The translations under genes were made by a program, and so were the position numbers. A DNA stretch of 64,000 nucleotides from an uncultured Acidobacteriaceae bacterium (GTDB lineage: Bacteria > Acidobacteriota > Terriglobia > Terriglobales > Acidobacteriaceae), in assembly GCA_963841345.1 (NCBI GenBank), contig CAWJCK010000003.1:3712342-3776341 (forward strand), in the 5' to 3' direction. Below are positions 1 through 10,080 of this stretch, piece after piece; the first letter of the stretch is position 1, and each line of letters opens with the position of its first letter. The notes under the pieces are model-generated. The model did no database searches and had not been told where the DNA came from. It saw only the letters and a list, made by a program, of their open reading frames with translations.

Positions 1-778
1 GATTCCACGTGTGCGGGAGCTCGAGGAGGGCGAACTCATGGTTTGGAAAGCGCTTCGGGTAATCGCTCTGCAGGAGTGTCCGCCAGTCTCCGAGGGCGTT
101 CGACAGGATGTCTTCCACCACATAGACTCCGCCGGGGCGGAGGCTCCCTAGCGACCCGTTCATGAACGAGACATTCCCTTCCAGAGTGTGGAGGCCGTCG
201 TCGATGATGATATCCATCTGCTCTCGCAAGGAGGGCTGCGACCAGAGATCCCGGATGGCGTTGGCGTCGAGTTGGTCGCAATAGAAGGTCTCGATGCGGT
301 CGTCTTTGAACAAAATATCGCGGTCGATGTCCGCGCCATAAATTTGCGCATTGGGGAAGAGTTCGCGCCATCCCCGCATGGAGGCGCCGGGCGTGCCATA
401 GACTCCCATACTTGATACGAGGTCCGGATTATTTGTGCCGAGTCCAAGCTCGAAGATGCGCAGCGGTTTCTTGCGGAGCTCGCCAAAGAGCACGGAATAG
501 ATGGTGGTGTAGTTGTGCTTGGTGCTTTTGTCGCTGCCATGCCGGGCCATGGCGCGACACATCGCCGTGGGTGCGAATATGTTAACGCCGCTGATCTCGC
601 CCGGCACCCGAAAGGCCATGCCCTCGGGAAAGCTGTGGACCACGGGAGCAGGGTGACCGCGAAAAGTTGCGGCGAGGCCGGTCAGGTGCGAGCGGTAATA
701 CCACCGGCCAATGCGAAGCCGCTCAAACGCCCGTGGGGAAAGCTTTCGTCGCAGCAACTCACCCGCGGACTTGTTCAT
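1..778 (-). CDS. Class I SAM-dependent methyltransferase-like protein (3' end runs off window)
   Basis: Manual translation from ATG at 778 (absent from ORF track because no stop in window): ...HGSDKSTKHNYTTIY...IFELGLGTNN...GADID...DIIIDDGLH...LRPGGVYVVED, motif-I/post-II-like pattern. Confidence 0.75.
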   Translation of the reverse strand, partial: MNKSAGELLRRKLSPRAFERLRIGRWYYRSHLTGLAATFRGHPAPVVHSFPEGMAFRVPGEISGVNIFAPTAMCRAMARHGSDKSTKHNYTTIYSVLFGELRKKPLRIFELGLGTNNPDLVSSMGVYGTPGASMRGWRELFPNAQIYGADIDRDILFKDDRIETFYCDQLDANAIRDLWSQPSLREQMDIIIDDGLHTLEGNVSFMNGSLGSLRPGGVYVVEDILSNALGDWRTLLQSDYPKRFPNHEFALLELPHTWN

Positions 779-984
779 TCACAATCTCCAACCATGATCT
801 TCCCAGTCTCCGATCAGTCGTTCGCTACTGCAGTTTAAGCCATAGCCAAAGAACCGCGAAATGGCGATCTCCTGCGCTCGGCGGAATGTGCGTCGATATC
901 GCGCAGGCAGACGAATTGGGATTTATTCTCATTTCAGTCCAGAGCCGTGATTGTCGCGGTCGACTCAATGGAGGACTGATCGAG

Positions 985-1884
985 ATGAGATTCTTGCGGC
1001 TTGGCGCTAGCGCTTTCACGCTTCTTCTATTTGTATTTACGGCTATGGCTCAAGAGAAGACGCCCACGCCGGTTCCGCTATCGCCGCAAGGTGCACCGGG
1101 CGCTTTAGGGGATGCAAATCCAGGCGATCAGCCGAGGATCACTCCCTTCCCTGCTCCGAAGGTTGCCGGGCATGAGACTCATACCGCGATTCTGATTCTG
1201 CCCGGCGGCTCGTATGCCCACCTGGCGACGGACCATGAAGGTTTGCAGGTGGCGAAGTAGCTGAACAACCTGGGTGTCTCGGCGTTCATGCTGGAGTACC
1301 GGCTAGGGCCGAAATATCATCACCCGATCGAGATGAATGACGCCAAGCGTGGGCTACGCTGGGTGCGCAGTCACGCGGCTGAGTATGGCTACGATCCGAA
1401 TCGGATTGGGGTGTGGGGATTTTCGGCGGGCGGACATCTCGCTTCGACTTTGGGAACGCACTTCGATGCGGGTGATGCGTCGGCCGCCGATCCGATCGAT
1501 CGGCTGAGCAGCCGTCCGGATTTTATGATCCTTACTTACCCTGTGATCGGGCCAATTGGGCCTGCGTCGGTGGGCTCGTTCGACAATTTACTTGGGAAGA
1601 ACGCCGATCCGGCTCTGATCGAAGAGCTGACCGACGACCATCGTGTGACGGCGCAGACTCCGATGACCTTCCTGGTAGCGGCGGATGATGACAAGGCTGT
1701 CTTTCCGGAGAACAGCGTGAATTTCTACCTGGCGCTGCGCAAGGCGGGTGTTCCAGCGGAGATGCATATCTATCTCCATGGAGGACATGGCTTTGGGCTG
1801 GCGCCCTTCGATCCGGTGCTGTCTTCGTGGACAGGGCGGTTGGCAGATTGGCTGCGGGTGAATGGATGGTTGGCGACGAACTAG
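985..1884 (+). pseudogene. Secreted alpha/beta hydrolase (acetyl-xylan esterase/lipase-like) with in-frame TAG at 1258-1260
   Basis: Signal peptide, LILPGGSY, GFSAGGH nucleophile elbow, HGGHGFGL; the two ORF halves are in the same frame; VAK*LNNLG matches the usual VAKWLN (TGG>TAG). Confidence 0.8.
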
Positions 1885-1900
1885 GAGCTATACTGCGGGC

Positions 1901-2275
1901 ATGAAGGTCTCCGCCGCTTCTGCTGTTCTTCAAGTGAAAGACGTCTCGGATGCTCTTCGCTTTTATTGCGAAGTGCTCGATTTTGAAAAAGACTTCGAGT
2001 TCGGTCCCTATGCGGGTTTGCATTTCGGCGAATGCTATGTCCACTTGTGTGCCCATACTACGTGGAAGAGGCCGCTCGGCGGTGGGGCGGTAGTTGTGTT
2101 TGCGGATGAGGTCGATGCCTACTTTAAAACAATCAAGGAGCGCGGAGCTGAGATTGCGCTTGAGCCGACGGACGAGCCTTATGGGATGCGCGACTTTGTG
2201 ATAAGAGATCCGGATGGGAATGTGCTGACCTTTGGCTGTTCACTGCCTGAGGGCATCGAAGCTCCGAAGGAGTGA
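1901..2275 (+). CDS. VOC/glyoxalase (bleomycin-resistance-like) protein
   Basis: LQVKDVSDALRFY...LDF, EPTDEPYGMRDFVIRDPDGNVLTFG. Confidence 0.85.
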   Translation: MKVSAASAVLQVKDVSDALRFYCEVLDFEKDFEFGPYAGLHFGECYVHLCAHTTWKRPLGGGAVVVFADEVDAYFKTIKERGAEIALEPTDEPYGMRDFVIRDPDGNVLTFGCSLPEGIEAPKE

Positions 2276-2300
2276 CCTGCTTTTTCCTCGATGTTTGGAA

Positions 2301-2338
2301 AAGAAAAAGGCCTCCGGCGAACCGGAGGCCTTTTCTTT
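2301..2338. terminator. Bidirectional intrinsic terminator
   Basis: AAAAGGCCTCCGG-CGAA-CCGGAGGCCTTTT between convergent genes. Confidence 0.85.
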
Positions 2339-2354
2339 GTGCTGCTGAACTTGT

Positions 2355-2660
2355 TTACTTCACCTTGAGGTAGATCATGACGAAGGTGAAAAGGGTAAGA
2401 GATTCGATGAAGGCGAGGCCGAGCACCAGCAGGAGCTGGATGCCGGCGCGGGCTCCGGGGTTGCGGGCGAGGGCCTCGGTGGCTGAGGCGGTCGCCTTGC
2501 CCTGGCCGAGTCCGCACAGACCGGCGGCGATGGCGATGCCGATACCGGCGCCGATCGGCACGAGGCTGACTGCGCCTGCGCCTTCGGTTCCCTGAGCGAA
2601 TGCCGGCACCGCGAAGCAGAGCACCGACAGGGTCATGAGTAGATATTGCAGCTTGCGCAT
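2355..2660 (-). CDS. atpE: F0F1 ATP synthase subunit c with N-terminal signal-like extension
   Basis: GLGQG...ARNP...LAFIESL (conserved carboxylate); follows atpB. Confidence 0.95.
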   Translation of the reverse strand: MRKLQYLLMTLSVLCFAVPAFAQGTEGAGAVSLVPIGAGIGIAIAAGLCGLGQGKATASATEALARNPGARAGIQLLLVLGLAFIESLTLFTFVMIYLKVK

Positions 2661-2788
2661 TGTGTTTCTCCTGCTTCCATAAGAATTGCCATCAGTGGGT
2701 GGTTGACGCTCACCGTGCTGGCGCCCTCACGCTAAATGGCGCTTCAGGTCCCGGAGTGGAAGCCGGCTCCGGCTGAAGAGCTTTGAAA

Positions 2789-3535
2789 CTAATCCGGTAG
2801 CTCCTCGTGCGAGGTCGCCTCGGCGAGGTAGATGAAAGCGAGAAGCATCCAGACATAGGACTGGATCAACGCGACGCCAGCGTGCAGGCCGAGAAAGACG
2901 ATCGGTAGAACTAACGGAAAGATCGAGAAGAAGACGAGCGTCAACAGATCGCTAGCCAGCATGTTCGCATAAAGACGGACGGTGAGCGACATGTTGCGGG
3001 CGAGGTGGGAGATGATCTCGACCGGGAGCATCAGGGGCGAGATCCACCAGACGGGCCCGAGGAAGTGCTTGAAGTAGCCGACTGCTCCCTGAGCGCGGAC
3101 GCCATGGTAGTTGTAATAGAAAAATGTGATGAGCGCCAGGCCGAGCGGGACGAAGGGCTTGGCGGTCGGCGTCTCGATGCCGGGCAGCAGACCCCAGCAA
3201 TTGCAGAGCAGGATGAAGAGAAAGAGCATGGTCGTCAATGGCACGTGGGGTTCGTAGCCGTGGCCGAGGATTGCTTCCCCCTGCGAACTGACGAATTCGT
3301 TGATCATCTCGGCGATGGACTGCGCCGGATTAGGCCGCTCCACATTCAGCGTCAGCCGCACGAGGATGAAAAACGCGATCAAGCCAGCGGCGGCGATCAG
3401 CTCGAGGGTCAATACATCGGTGATCGGCGCGCCGGGCGTTTCAGGATGAATGCCGATAGACGTCAACAGCGAGGTCAACGGACCGCCGACGAGCGAGTTC
3501 AGGAGCTGGGTAATGGAATGGATGAAGGCGTGCAT
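2789..3535 (-). CDS. atpB: F0F1 ATP synthase subunit a
   Basis: EIISHLARNMSLTVRLYANM, IQSYVW..L..IYL; start reassigned to MHAFIH. Confidence 0.95.
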   Translation of the reverse strand: MHAFIHSITQLLNSLVGGPLTSLLTSIGIHPETPGAPITDVLTLELIAAAGLIAFFILVRLTLNVERPNPAQSIAEMINEFVSSQGEAILGHGYEPHVPLTTMLFLFILLCNCWGLLPGIETPTAKPFVPLGLALITFFYYNYHGVRAQGAVGYFKHFLGPVWWISPLMLPVEIISHLARNMSLTVRLYANMLASDLLTLVFFSIFPLVLPIVFLGLHAGVALIQSYVWMLLAFIYLAEATSHEELPD

Positions 3536-3564
3536 AATTTTGTGTGATTCGGACTGCGTATAAA

Positions 3565-4002
3565 TCAGTTGCGAGTTAACAGAACAGATTCGATCGAGAG
3601 CGCGACCATGGCGAGGGCCAATCCCGCGATGATCGCATAAACCGCACCATGCAAACACCTTAGACTAACATAGAGAGCCGCACCGGCGATGCACAGACGG
3701 AGCAGAAACATGGCGATCACGAAGCCTGTGGAACGGGGTGAGCGCTGGTTGTCGAGCTTCGCGTTGACGACGCGGATGAGACGGCGGGATTCGTAGATGC
3801 CGCCGGCGGAGATGGTTGCTCCGACGAGGAAGAGCGCGGCGGATTGCCATCCGGAGATGATCCAGATAACGGGCACGCCGATCAGGGTCAGAATGCCGAT
3901 ATTCCGCACCGCGCGGAAGAGTGCGGCGCTGAGATCGGCGTCGGTGAAAGTTAGGAACGGGTTTTCGTTGGGCGACAAGGGGGCTGGTGTGGGGGCGGCC
4001 AT
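3565..4002 (-). CDS. atpI: ATP synthase subunit I
   Basis: Four hydrophobic segments, directly upstream of atpB. Confidence 0.75.
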   Translation of the reverse strand: MAAPTPAPLSPNENPFLTFTDADLSAALFRAVRNIGILTLIGVPVIWIISGWQSAALFLVGATISAGGIYESRRLIRVVNAKLDNQRSPRSTGFVIAMFLLRLCIAGAALYVSLRCLHGAVYAIIAGLALAMVALSIESVLLTRN

Positions 4003-4283
4003 CAGGATTTCTTGCTTTTGGAATTGCCGGCGGCGAGGGCCATGCGAACGGCCTCGAGCATACCGGCGATCATGCCGAGGATGAGGCCAACGACGGTGAT
4101 CCAGGTCTGATGGAGCCAGCGGTCGAGCATCGCTCCGAAAAACCAGCCGATGAGCACGGCGATGGGCAGAACGAGCGCGATCTGGATGAGGCGTTCGGCC
4201 TGGACGAGGGAGTGGGCGAGAGGTTTCTCGGGTTTGGCGTCCGGGTTGGGGGCGTTGAAGGGCATGAAGAGTATCTCCGTCAT
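4002..4283 (-). CDS. AtpZ/AtpI-family small membrane protein
   Basis: IGWFFGAMLDRWLHQTWITVVGLILG motif; first gene of the F0 cluster. Confidence 0.8.
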   Translation of the reverse strand: MTEILFMPFNAPNPDAKPEKPLAHSLVQAERLIQIALVLPIAVLIGWFFGAMLDRWLHQTWITVVGLILGMIAGMLEAVRMALAAGNSKSKKS

Positions 4284-4457
4284 CTTAAAGGTCGAGAAGC
4301 GGCGATGGCCAATAGGAGTTACCGGGTCTTACCTGGCTCGTCCAATTAGATGTTTGGGTGTTTTTCCCAGCGGCGCCAGCGGTTGACCTCGTTTTCTGCT
4401 TTCCTCGCACTTCTCATACGGGTACGATGCAGCCTAGCTCTTAGTCCCGGAGGTTTG

Positions 4458-6509
4458 ATGCGCCAGCTGTTTTTGTTTCCTGCCCTTTTGTGCTTTCCCG
4501 GCGTTCTGCTCGCCCAGACGCCGAAGGACCAGCTGGCAAAACCGCCAGCCGATGCCCATCACTATGTGATCGAATCCAGCGGCGGCAAGCATGGCGACTC
4601 GTGGATGTGGGTCAGTGCGGACGGTACCCACATGGGTCGCGAGAGCATGAATCTGCGCGGCCAGGTCTGGGAAGTGGACTCGAGCGGCAAGCCCGACGCG
4701 GCGGGGACACCGCAGACGCTGACCATCCGTGGTGTTACGCCCACCGGCGACGCTGCGGAAACATTTGCCCTGACCGACGGCACTGCGAGTTGGAAGAGCC
4801 CGATCGATAGCGGTTCCAGCAAGGACGCGGCGAATCGCTTCTACATGGCTTCCGGAGGGCCGATGGATCTCACGGCCTGGTTTGTCGAGGCCCTGCTTGC
4901 GACGCCAAGTCACTCGCTGAAGCTGTTGCCCGGCGGCGAGGCGCACGCGAGCAAGTTAACGACGCTCGAGGTTGGCCAGGGTGCTACCCATCGCACCGTT
5001 ACTCTTTGGCAGTTGACGGGCTTAAGCAACACGCCGGTTCCGGTTTGGACGGACGCTGATGGCCACTTCTTCGCGATCACGTTTGGAATTGGCTGGCTGC
5101 CGGATGCCTATGCCGGCGAGCTGCAACATATGGAACAGGCGCAGACCGATGCCATGGCCGCTCGGGCGCCGGTTCTTGCTAAAGAGCTTACGAAGGTTCC
5201 GACCGGGCCCGTTGCGTTCACCCATGTCAAGCTTTTTGACGCCGACGGTCTACGCTTTCTCGACGACCAGACAGTGGTCGTCAACGCCGGCAAGATTGTC
5301 GCCGTCGGGGCGGCGAACAGCGTCGTTGTTCCTGATGGCGCGCAGGTGATCGAAGGCAAAGGCAAGACGCTGGTCCCCGGCATGTGGGACTGTCACATGC
5401 ACGTGGGTGATGACTATACCGGACCTCAGGAGCTGTCGCTGGGAGTGACCTCGGTGCGTGATCCGGGCAACAACGACAAGCTGACTATCGACCGCCGCAC
5501 CCGTGCCGCGGAGGGTAAGCTGCTCTTCCCGCATGTCTACCCTTCGTCGCTGATTGATGGCAAGGGGCCATACACGGCGCAGGTTGCCAATGTGGCCACC
5601 AGCCAAGCAGAGGCGATCGCGCTGGTTGACAAGGCGAAAGAAGAAGGGTTTACCGGGGTGAAGTTCTACGGCACCTTCAATCCGGCGTGGCTGCCGGCGA
5701 CGATTGCCGAGGCGCATAAGCTTGGGCTTCATGTGCATGGCCACATTCCGGCGGGGATTCGTCCGCTTGAGGCCGTCAATGATGGCTATGACGAGGTCAC
5801 GCACATCAACTGGATCGTGATGCAGGCGGTGCCGGCGAGCGTGTTGCCGACCGACAATGGCATCGGGCGCTTTGAGGCTCCGGGGCGTTATGCGAAGGAC
5901 ATGGATGTCAACGATCCGGCGCTGACGGAGTTGATTTCGACGATGGCATCGAAGCACATTTACTCCGACCCGACGATGGTGGCATTTGAGGGACTGTACG
6001 TTCCGGACAACGGCGAGCTGTCGCCCGCATATGCGCCGTTCGTCGGGACTTTGCCGCCAACGGTGGAGCGCGGATTCCGGACCGGGGGCTTCGCCGTGCC
6101 GAAGGACCTGACGCGGGCGGACTACCGTGCGAGCTGGGCGAAGATGATCCAAATCCTCACCAAGATGCACCAGGCGGGGATACCCATCGTGGCCGGTACC
6201 GACGGGAGCGGAATTGAGATCATTCGTGAGCTGGAGATTTATGAGCAGGCTGGTTTCACTCCGGCCCAGACTCTGGCTGCGGCAACTATTGTGCCGGCGA
6301 CGCTGGTTGGGCAGGACGCTCATACTGGCTCTATTAGGGTTGGCAAGAATGCCGATCTGACGCTGGTTGAGGGTGATCCGGAAAAGAACATTAGCGATCT
6401 GCGGCAGACGCGCGTTGTCATGCTCGACGGCAAACTGCTGGATGCTGATGCTCTTCGGCAGGCGGTTGGTTTTTCGGGTAGGCCGAAACCGGTGGAGGCC
6501 GCGCAGTAG
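4458..6509 (+). CDS. Secreted amidohydrolase-family protein
   Basis: Signal peptide; PGMWDCHMH, VHGHIP, IVAGTDG, GSIRVGKNADL. Confidence 0.9.
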   Translation: MRQLFLFPALLCFPGVLLAQTPKDQLAKPPADAHHYVIESSGGKHGDSWMWVSADGTHMGRESMNLRGQVWEVDSSGKPDAAGTPQTLTIRGVTPTGDAAETFALTDGTASWKSPIDSGSSKDAANRFYMASGGPMDLTAWFVEALLATPSHSLKLLPGGEAHASKLTTLEVGQGATHRTVTLWQLTGLSNTPVPVWTDADGHFFAITFGIGWLPDAYAGELQHMEQAQTDAMAARAPVLAKELTKVPTGPVAFTHVKLFDADGLRFLDDQTVVVNAGKIVAVGAANSVVVPDGAQVIEGKGKTLVPGMWDCHMHVGDDYTGPQELSLGVTSVRDPGNNDKLTIDRRTRAAEGKLLFPHVYPSSLIDGKGPYTAQVANVATSQAEAIALVDKAKEEGFTGVKFYGTFNPAWLPATIAEAHKLGLHVHGHIPAGIRPLEAVNDGYDEVTHINWIVMQAVPASVLPTDNGIGRFEAPGRYAKDMDVNDPALTELISTMASKHIYSDPTMVAFEGLYVPDNGELSPAYAPFVGTLPPTVERGFRTGGFAVPKDLTRADYRASWAKMIQILTKMHQAGIPIVAGTDGSGIEIIRELEIYEQAGFTPAQTLAAATIVPATLVGQDAHTGSIRVGKNADLTLVEGDPEKNISDLRQTRVVMLDGKLLDADALRQAVGFSGRPKPVEAAQ

Positions 6510-6586
6510 CTGGCATTCGACGATAGAACCAGAAGGTCGCGGGTCTCCGCGGCTTCTGAGCGGCTGATTTGGTGGATAATGCTGAT

Positions 6587-6784
6587 ATGACTGGCATTCA
6601 ATTTGTCACCGATGAGCAAGGGAGACGGGTCGCCGTCCAGATCGACTTGAAGCGCCATAAGGCGCTTTGGGAAGACCTAGAAGACGTTCTCGTTTCAAGG
6701 AAGCGCAGTGCGGAAAAGAGCATTCCTTTTGAAAAGGTAAAGGCACGGCTGATCAAGAGCGGAAAGCTCCGTGGAGAGATATAA
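6587..6784 (+). CDS. Putative antitoxin (small, upstream of RelE)
   Basis: MTGIQFVTDEQGRRVAVQIDL...WEDLED; overlaps the RelE start. Confidence 0.65.
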   Translation: MTGIQFVTDEQGRRVAVQIDLKRHKALWEDLEDVLVSRKRSAEKSIPFEKVKARLIKSGKLRGEI

Positions 6785-7033
6785 GGTTGGTGTCAAGCCA
6801 AGCGCATTAAAAGAGCTGGAACGATTGTCCCCTCCATGGGTCGATAGAATCTTTCTCCGCATTGGAAATCTCAAAGACGACCCGCGTCCTGCTGGCTGCA
6901 AGAGCTGAAGGGCGGCGACGCCGAGTGGCGCATCCGGATCGGCGACTATCGCGTGGTCTACACCATCGATGATCGCAAGGCGCGGGTCGAAGTTACTCGA
7001 GTTCGGCACCGTCGCGAGGTCGATGACGACTAG
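6771..7033 (+). pseudogene. RelE/ParE-family toxin, 1-nt frameshift near 6901
   Basis: Manual translation: MERYKV...DPRPAGCK / (K)LKGGDAEWRIRIGDYRVVYTID...RVRHRREV*; restoring one A joins the frames. Confidence 0.8.
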
Positions 7034-7098
7034 ACGGAGCGCGCGCCGCGTGAAACTCGGAGGAGCGGTAAAGCATTTCTGAATTGAGAGGCAAGTGA

Positions 7099-8722
7099 GT
7101 GTTTGAATCGGAGTTTGAGCGTGGGCTGTTTGCGCTGCGCCAGGAAAAGCTGAAGCAGATTGCCGCCCTCGGGCAGCAGACTTATCCCAACCAATATATT
7201 GCGACGCATACCATCCCTGAGATTCGGGCGAAGTATGGCGAGGCTGCGGGCGAGGCGCTAGAAGCCGAGCGGGTGAATGTCTCCGTCGCTGGACGGTTGA
7301 TGGCGATTCGTGGACAGGGCAAGGCCGGGTTTGCGCACCTGCAGCAGAATGGGGAGCGGCTGCAGATTTATGTTCGGCAGGATGCTGTCGGCGAACAGGG
7401 ATTCGCGCTCTACAAGTTGCTCGATCTGGGCGACCACATCGGCGTGACGGGATATCTCTTCCGTACGCGGACCGGCGAGCTGAGCGTTCACGTCGAGACG
7501 ATTACTTTCCTCGCGAAGGCTATGCTGGCTTTGCCGGAGAAGTATCACGGCCTCTCCGATACCGAGTTGCGCTACCGGCAGCGATATGTCGACCTCTTCA
7601 TGAACACCGATGTTCGCGAGGTCTTTGTGAAGCGGGCGGCGGTGCTGCGGGCTTTGCGGAAGTTCTTTGACGAGCGCGGATACATTGAGGTCGAGACGCC
7701 GATGATGCAGCCGATCGCAGGTGGCGCGGCGGCGAAACCTTTCACTACTCACCACAATGCGCTTGATCTCGACCTATTCCTGCGCATTGCTCCGGAGCTT
7801 TATCTCAAGCGGCTGGTGGTTGGTGGGCTGGATCGCGTTTATGAGATCAATCGGAATTTTCGCAATGAGGGGATCTCGACCGCAGCATAATCCTGAGTTC
7901 ACGATGCTGGAGTTCTATCAGGCGTATGCGAACTATCACGACTTGATGGACTTGACGGAAGAGATTGTCAAGTTTGTCGCGATGGAGGTGAATGGGACGA
8001 CGAAGACGACGTTCAATGATGTCGAGATTGATCTTACAAAGTGGGAGAAGCTGTCGATGCTGGAAGCCATTGTTAAGTGGTGGCCGGCAAACTTCAAACC
8101 TGCGGCGACGGAGCTAGATTTCTCGAACTGGAGAAGGTTCTATTATTTCGTCGACAACGTTGCCCCTTTAGCTGATCACACTCTTGAGAATGCAGTGTCA
8201 AAAAATCTTCAAACGGCCTTGACGCGCGCGCGCGATGGTCAGGCCCTTGGAGCGAATATCGGAAAACATATAGCGGCCATCTTCGAAGCCGTCGCCGAAC
8301 CATATCTCATCCAGCCGACGATCATCTACGACTTCCCTCTCGCGGTCTCTCCGCTCTCAAAGGTCAAGCCGGATGAGCCAGATTGGGTGGAACGCTTCGA
8401 GTTCTATATTGGAGGCTTTGAAGTCGGCAACGCCTTCAGCGAGTTGAACGATCCTGAGGATCAGCGCAGGCGCTTTGAAGCGCAGATCACCGAGCGTGAA
8501 CGCGGTGACGATGAAGCACATCAGATGGATGAGGACTATGTGCGCGCGTTGGCCTATGGATTGCCTCCGACGGGCGGCGAAGGGATCGGCATCGACCGGC
8601 TAACGATGATCCTGACCGGGTCGAAGTCGATTCGGGATGTGATTTTGTTCCCGCTGATGCGTCCGGTTCAGGATACGGGCGGTGAGTCCGCTGATCCTGA
8701 AGAGTTTGATCCGATGCCCTAA
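7099..8722 (+). CDS. lysS: Lysine--tRNA ligase (class II), apparent +1 frameshift near 7883
   Basis: [37 protein letters not shown] / [26 protein letters not shown]. Confidence 0.95.
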
Positions 8723-8742
8723 ACAAAAGCGCGCGTTCTGGT

Positions 8743-8767
8743 AATGTAGTCACATTAGGACTACATT
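8743..8767. promoter_or_regulatory. Inverted repeat operator upstream of dinJ-yafQ-like TA
   Basis: AATGTAGTC-N7-GACTACATT, 25 nt before the start codon. Confidence 0.7.
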
Positions 8768-8791
8768 TGGAATAGAACCGCAGGGGGATCA

Positions 8792-9058
8792 ATGAACACC
8801 GCAGATACTTACGTCCGCGCCCGTATCGATACCGACACGAAGGAACGTGCCTCGGCGGCCCTCGAAGCAATGGGCCTGTCTGTCTCCGATGCGATTCGCT
8901 TGCTTATGGTGCGTGTGGCGAGGGAACGGCGCCTTCCCTTCGATGTGAAGGTTCCAAATGCGACCACGCGGAAGGCGATCGCCGAACTGGAGTCTGGACA
9001 GGGCAAGTCCTTCGCCAGCATCGATGCACTGATCGCGGACCTGCGTGCGGAGGATTGA
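8792..9058 (+). CDS. RelB/DinJ-family antitoxin
   Basis: VRARID...LEAMGLSVSDAIRLLM...LPFDVKVPN. Confidence 0.9.
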   Translation: MNTADTYVRARIDTDTKERASAALEAMGLSVSDAIRLLMVRVARERRLPFDVKVPNATTRKAIAELESGQGKSFASIDALIADLRAED

Positions 9059-9326
9059 TCGTTCCTCGGCTTTCAAGCGCGATTACAAGCGCGAGTCCAA
9101 GGGTAGGCACAGGACGACGCTTGATTCAGATTTGACTCAAGTTCTTGCGCTCCTATTGGACGACAAACCTCTCGAACCGCGACAACGCGATCATGAACTT
9201 GGCGGCGAGTGGGGTGGATATCGCGATTGCCATATCAAACCCGACTTACTGCTGATTTATCAAAAGCCTGACGCGGAGACCCTCCGGTTGGCGAGGCTTG
9301 GTTCGCATAGTGAGATATTCGGCTGA
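9045..9326 (+). CDS. YafQ-family mRNA interferase toxin
   Basis: DHELGGEWGGYRDCHIKPDLLLIY...RLGSHSEIF. Confidence 0.9.
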   Translation: MRRIDRSSAFKRDYKRESKGRHRTTLDSDLTQVLALLLDDKPLEPRQRDHELGGEWGGYRDCHIKPDLLLIYQKPDAETLRLARLGSHSEIFG

Positions 9327-9348
9327 CAGGTAAGAGGCTATTGCTTTC

Positions 9349-10062
9349 ATGACGCTCGCAGGATCTCATCCCGAAAAAACGCGCTGCCTCGCACTGTTAG
9401 CCGGTCTTGGCGTCGGCGCGGCAATTCACTATTACAAAAACCTAGCTCTGGCCGCCGAGGCGCGTGGACGCGCGTTGGACCTGGTGATGGCGCATGCGCG
9501 GAGCGCTCGCGTCTTTGAGTATGTCGAGACGGGGGACCGCGATGGACTGGCCGGTTATCTGAACGGCTTCATCATTCGGCTGCAGGCGGCGGGTGCGGAG
9601 TTTGCGGTGGTTCCGGCGGTGACTCCGCATTTCTGCATTCGCGAGCTGATGGCGATCTCTCCGTTGCCGGTGTTGAGCATATTTGAGCCGCTGGTTCGGG
9701 AGATTGCGCGGAGAGATATCCGTCGCGTCAGCGTGTTTGGCAGCGAGCCGGTGATGAAGGCGGGGCTCTATGGTCAGCTTGGCGAGATTGAGGTCGTCGG
9801 CCATCGGCCGGAGGAATTGCAGTATATTCGCGACGGCTATCAGGCTCTGTTGGACACGGGTGTTGGCACGGCGGAGCAACACGCCGGGTTCACGGCGCTT
9901 GCGCATACGATCATCGAGCGCGATCGAGTGGATGCGATCGTTCTGGCTGGGACGGATTTGGCGCTGGTCTTCAATGAGTCGAATACCGACTTCCCTTATC
10001 TGGACTGCGCCGCACTGCATCTTGCGGCGATTAAGAGTTTTCTTTTCGAGAGAGCAGGGTGA
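9349..10062 (+). CDS. Aspartate/glutamate racemase-family protein
   Basis: AVVPAVTPHFC, AIVLAGTDL (catalytic Cys positions altered). Confidence 0.8.
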   Translation: MTLAGSHPEKTRCLALLAGLGVGAAIHYYKNLALAAEARGRALDLVMAHARSARVFEYVETGDRDGLAGYLNGFIIRLQAAGAEFAVVPAVTPHFCIRELMAISPLPVLSIFEPLVREIARRDIRRVSVFGSEPVMKAGLYGQLGEIEVVGHRPEELQYIRDGYQALLDTGVGTAEQHAGFTALAHTIIERDRVDAIVLAGTDLALVFNESNTDFPYLDCAALHLAAIKSFLFERAG

Positions 10063-10080
10063 CCGAATGAAATTAACAGG

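Noticed and set aside
1258-1260. Amber (TAG) recoding or pyrrolysine, suggested by in-frame TAGs here and at 50259
   Set aside because: Many intact genes in the window end in TAG (e.g. 1884, 6509, 35189), the implied residues differ (Trp vs probably Gln), and no pyl genes are seen. Single transitions or errors are simpler.
7880-7892. Programmed frameshift in lysS
   Set aside because: No slippery heptamer or stimulatory structure is evident; a single-base error is more likely.
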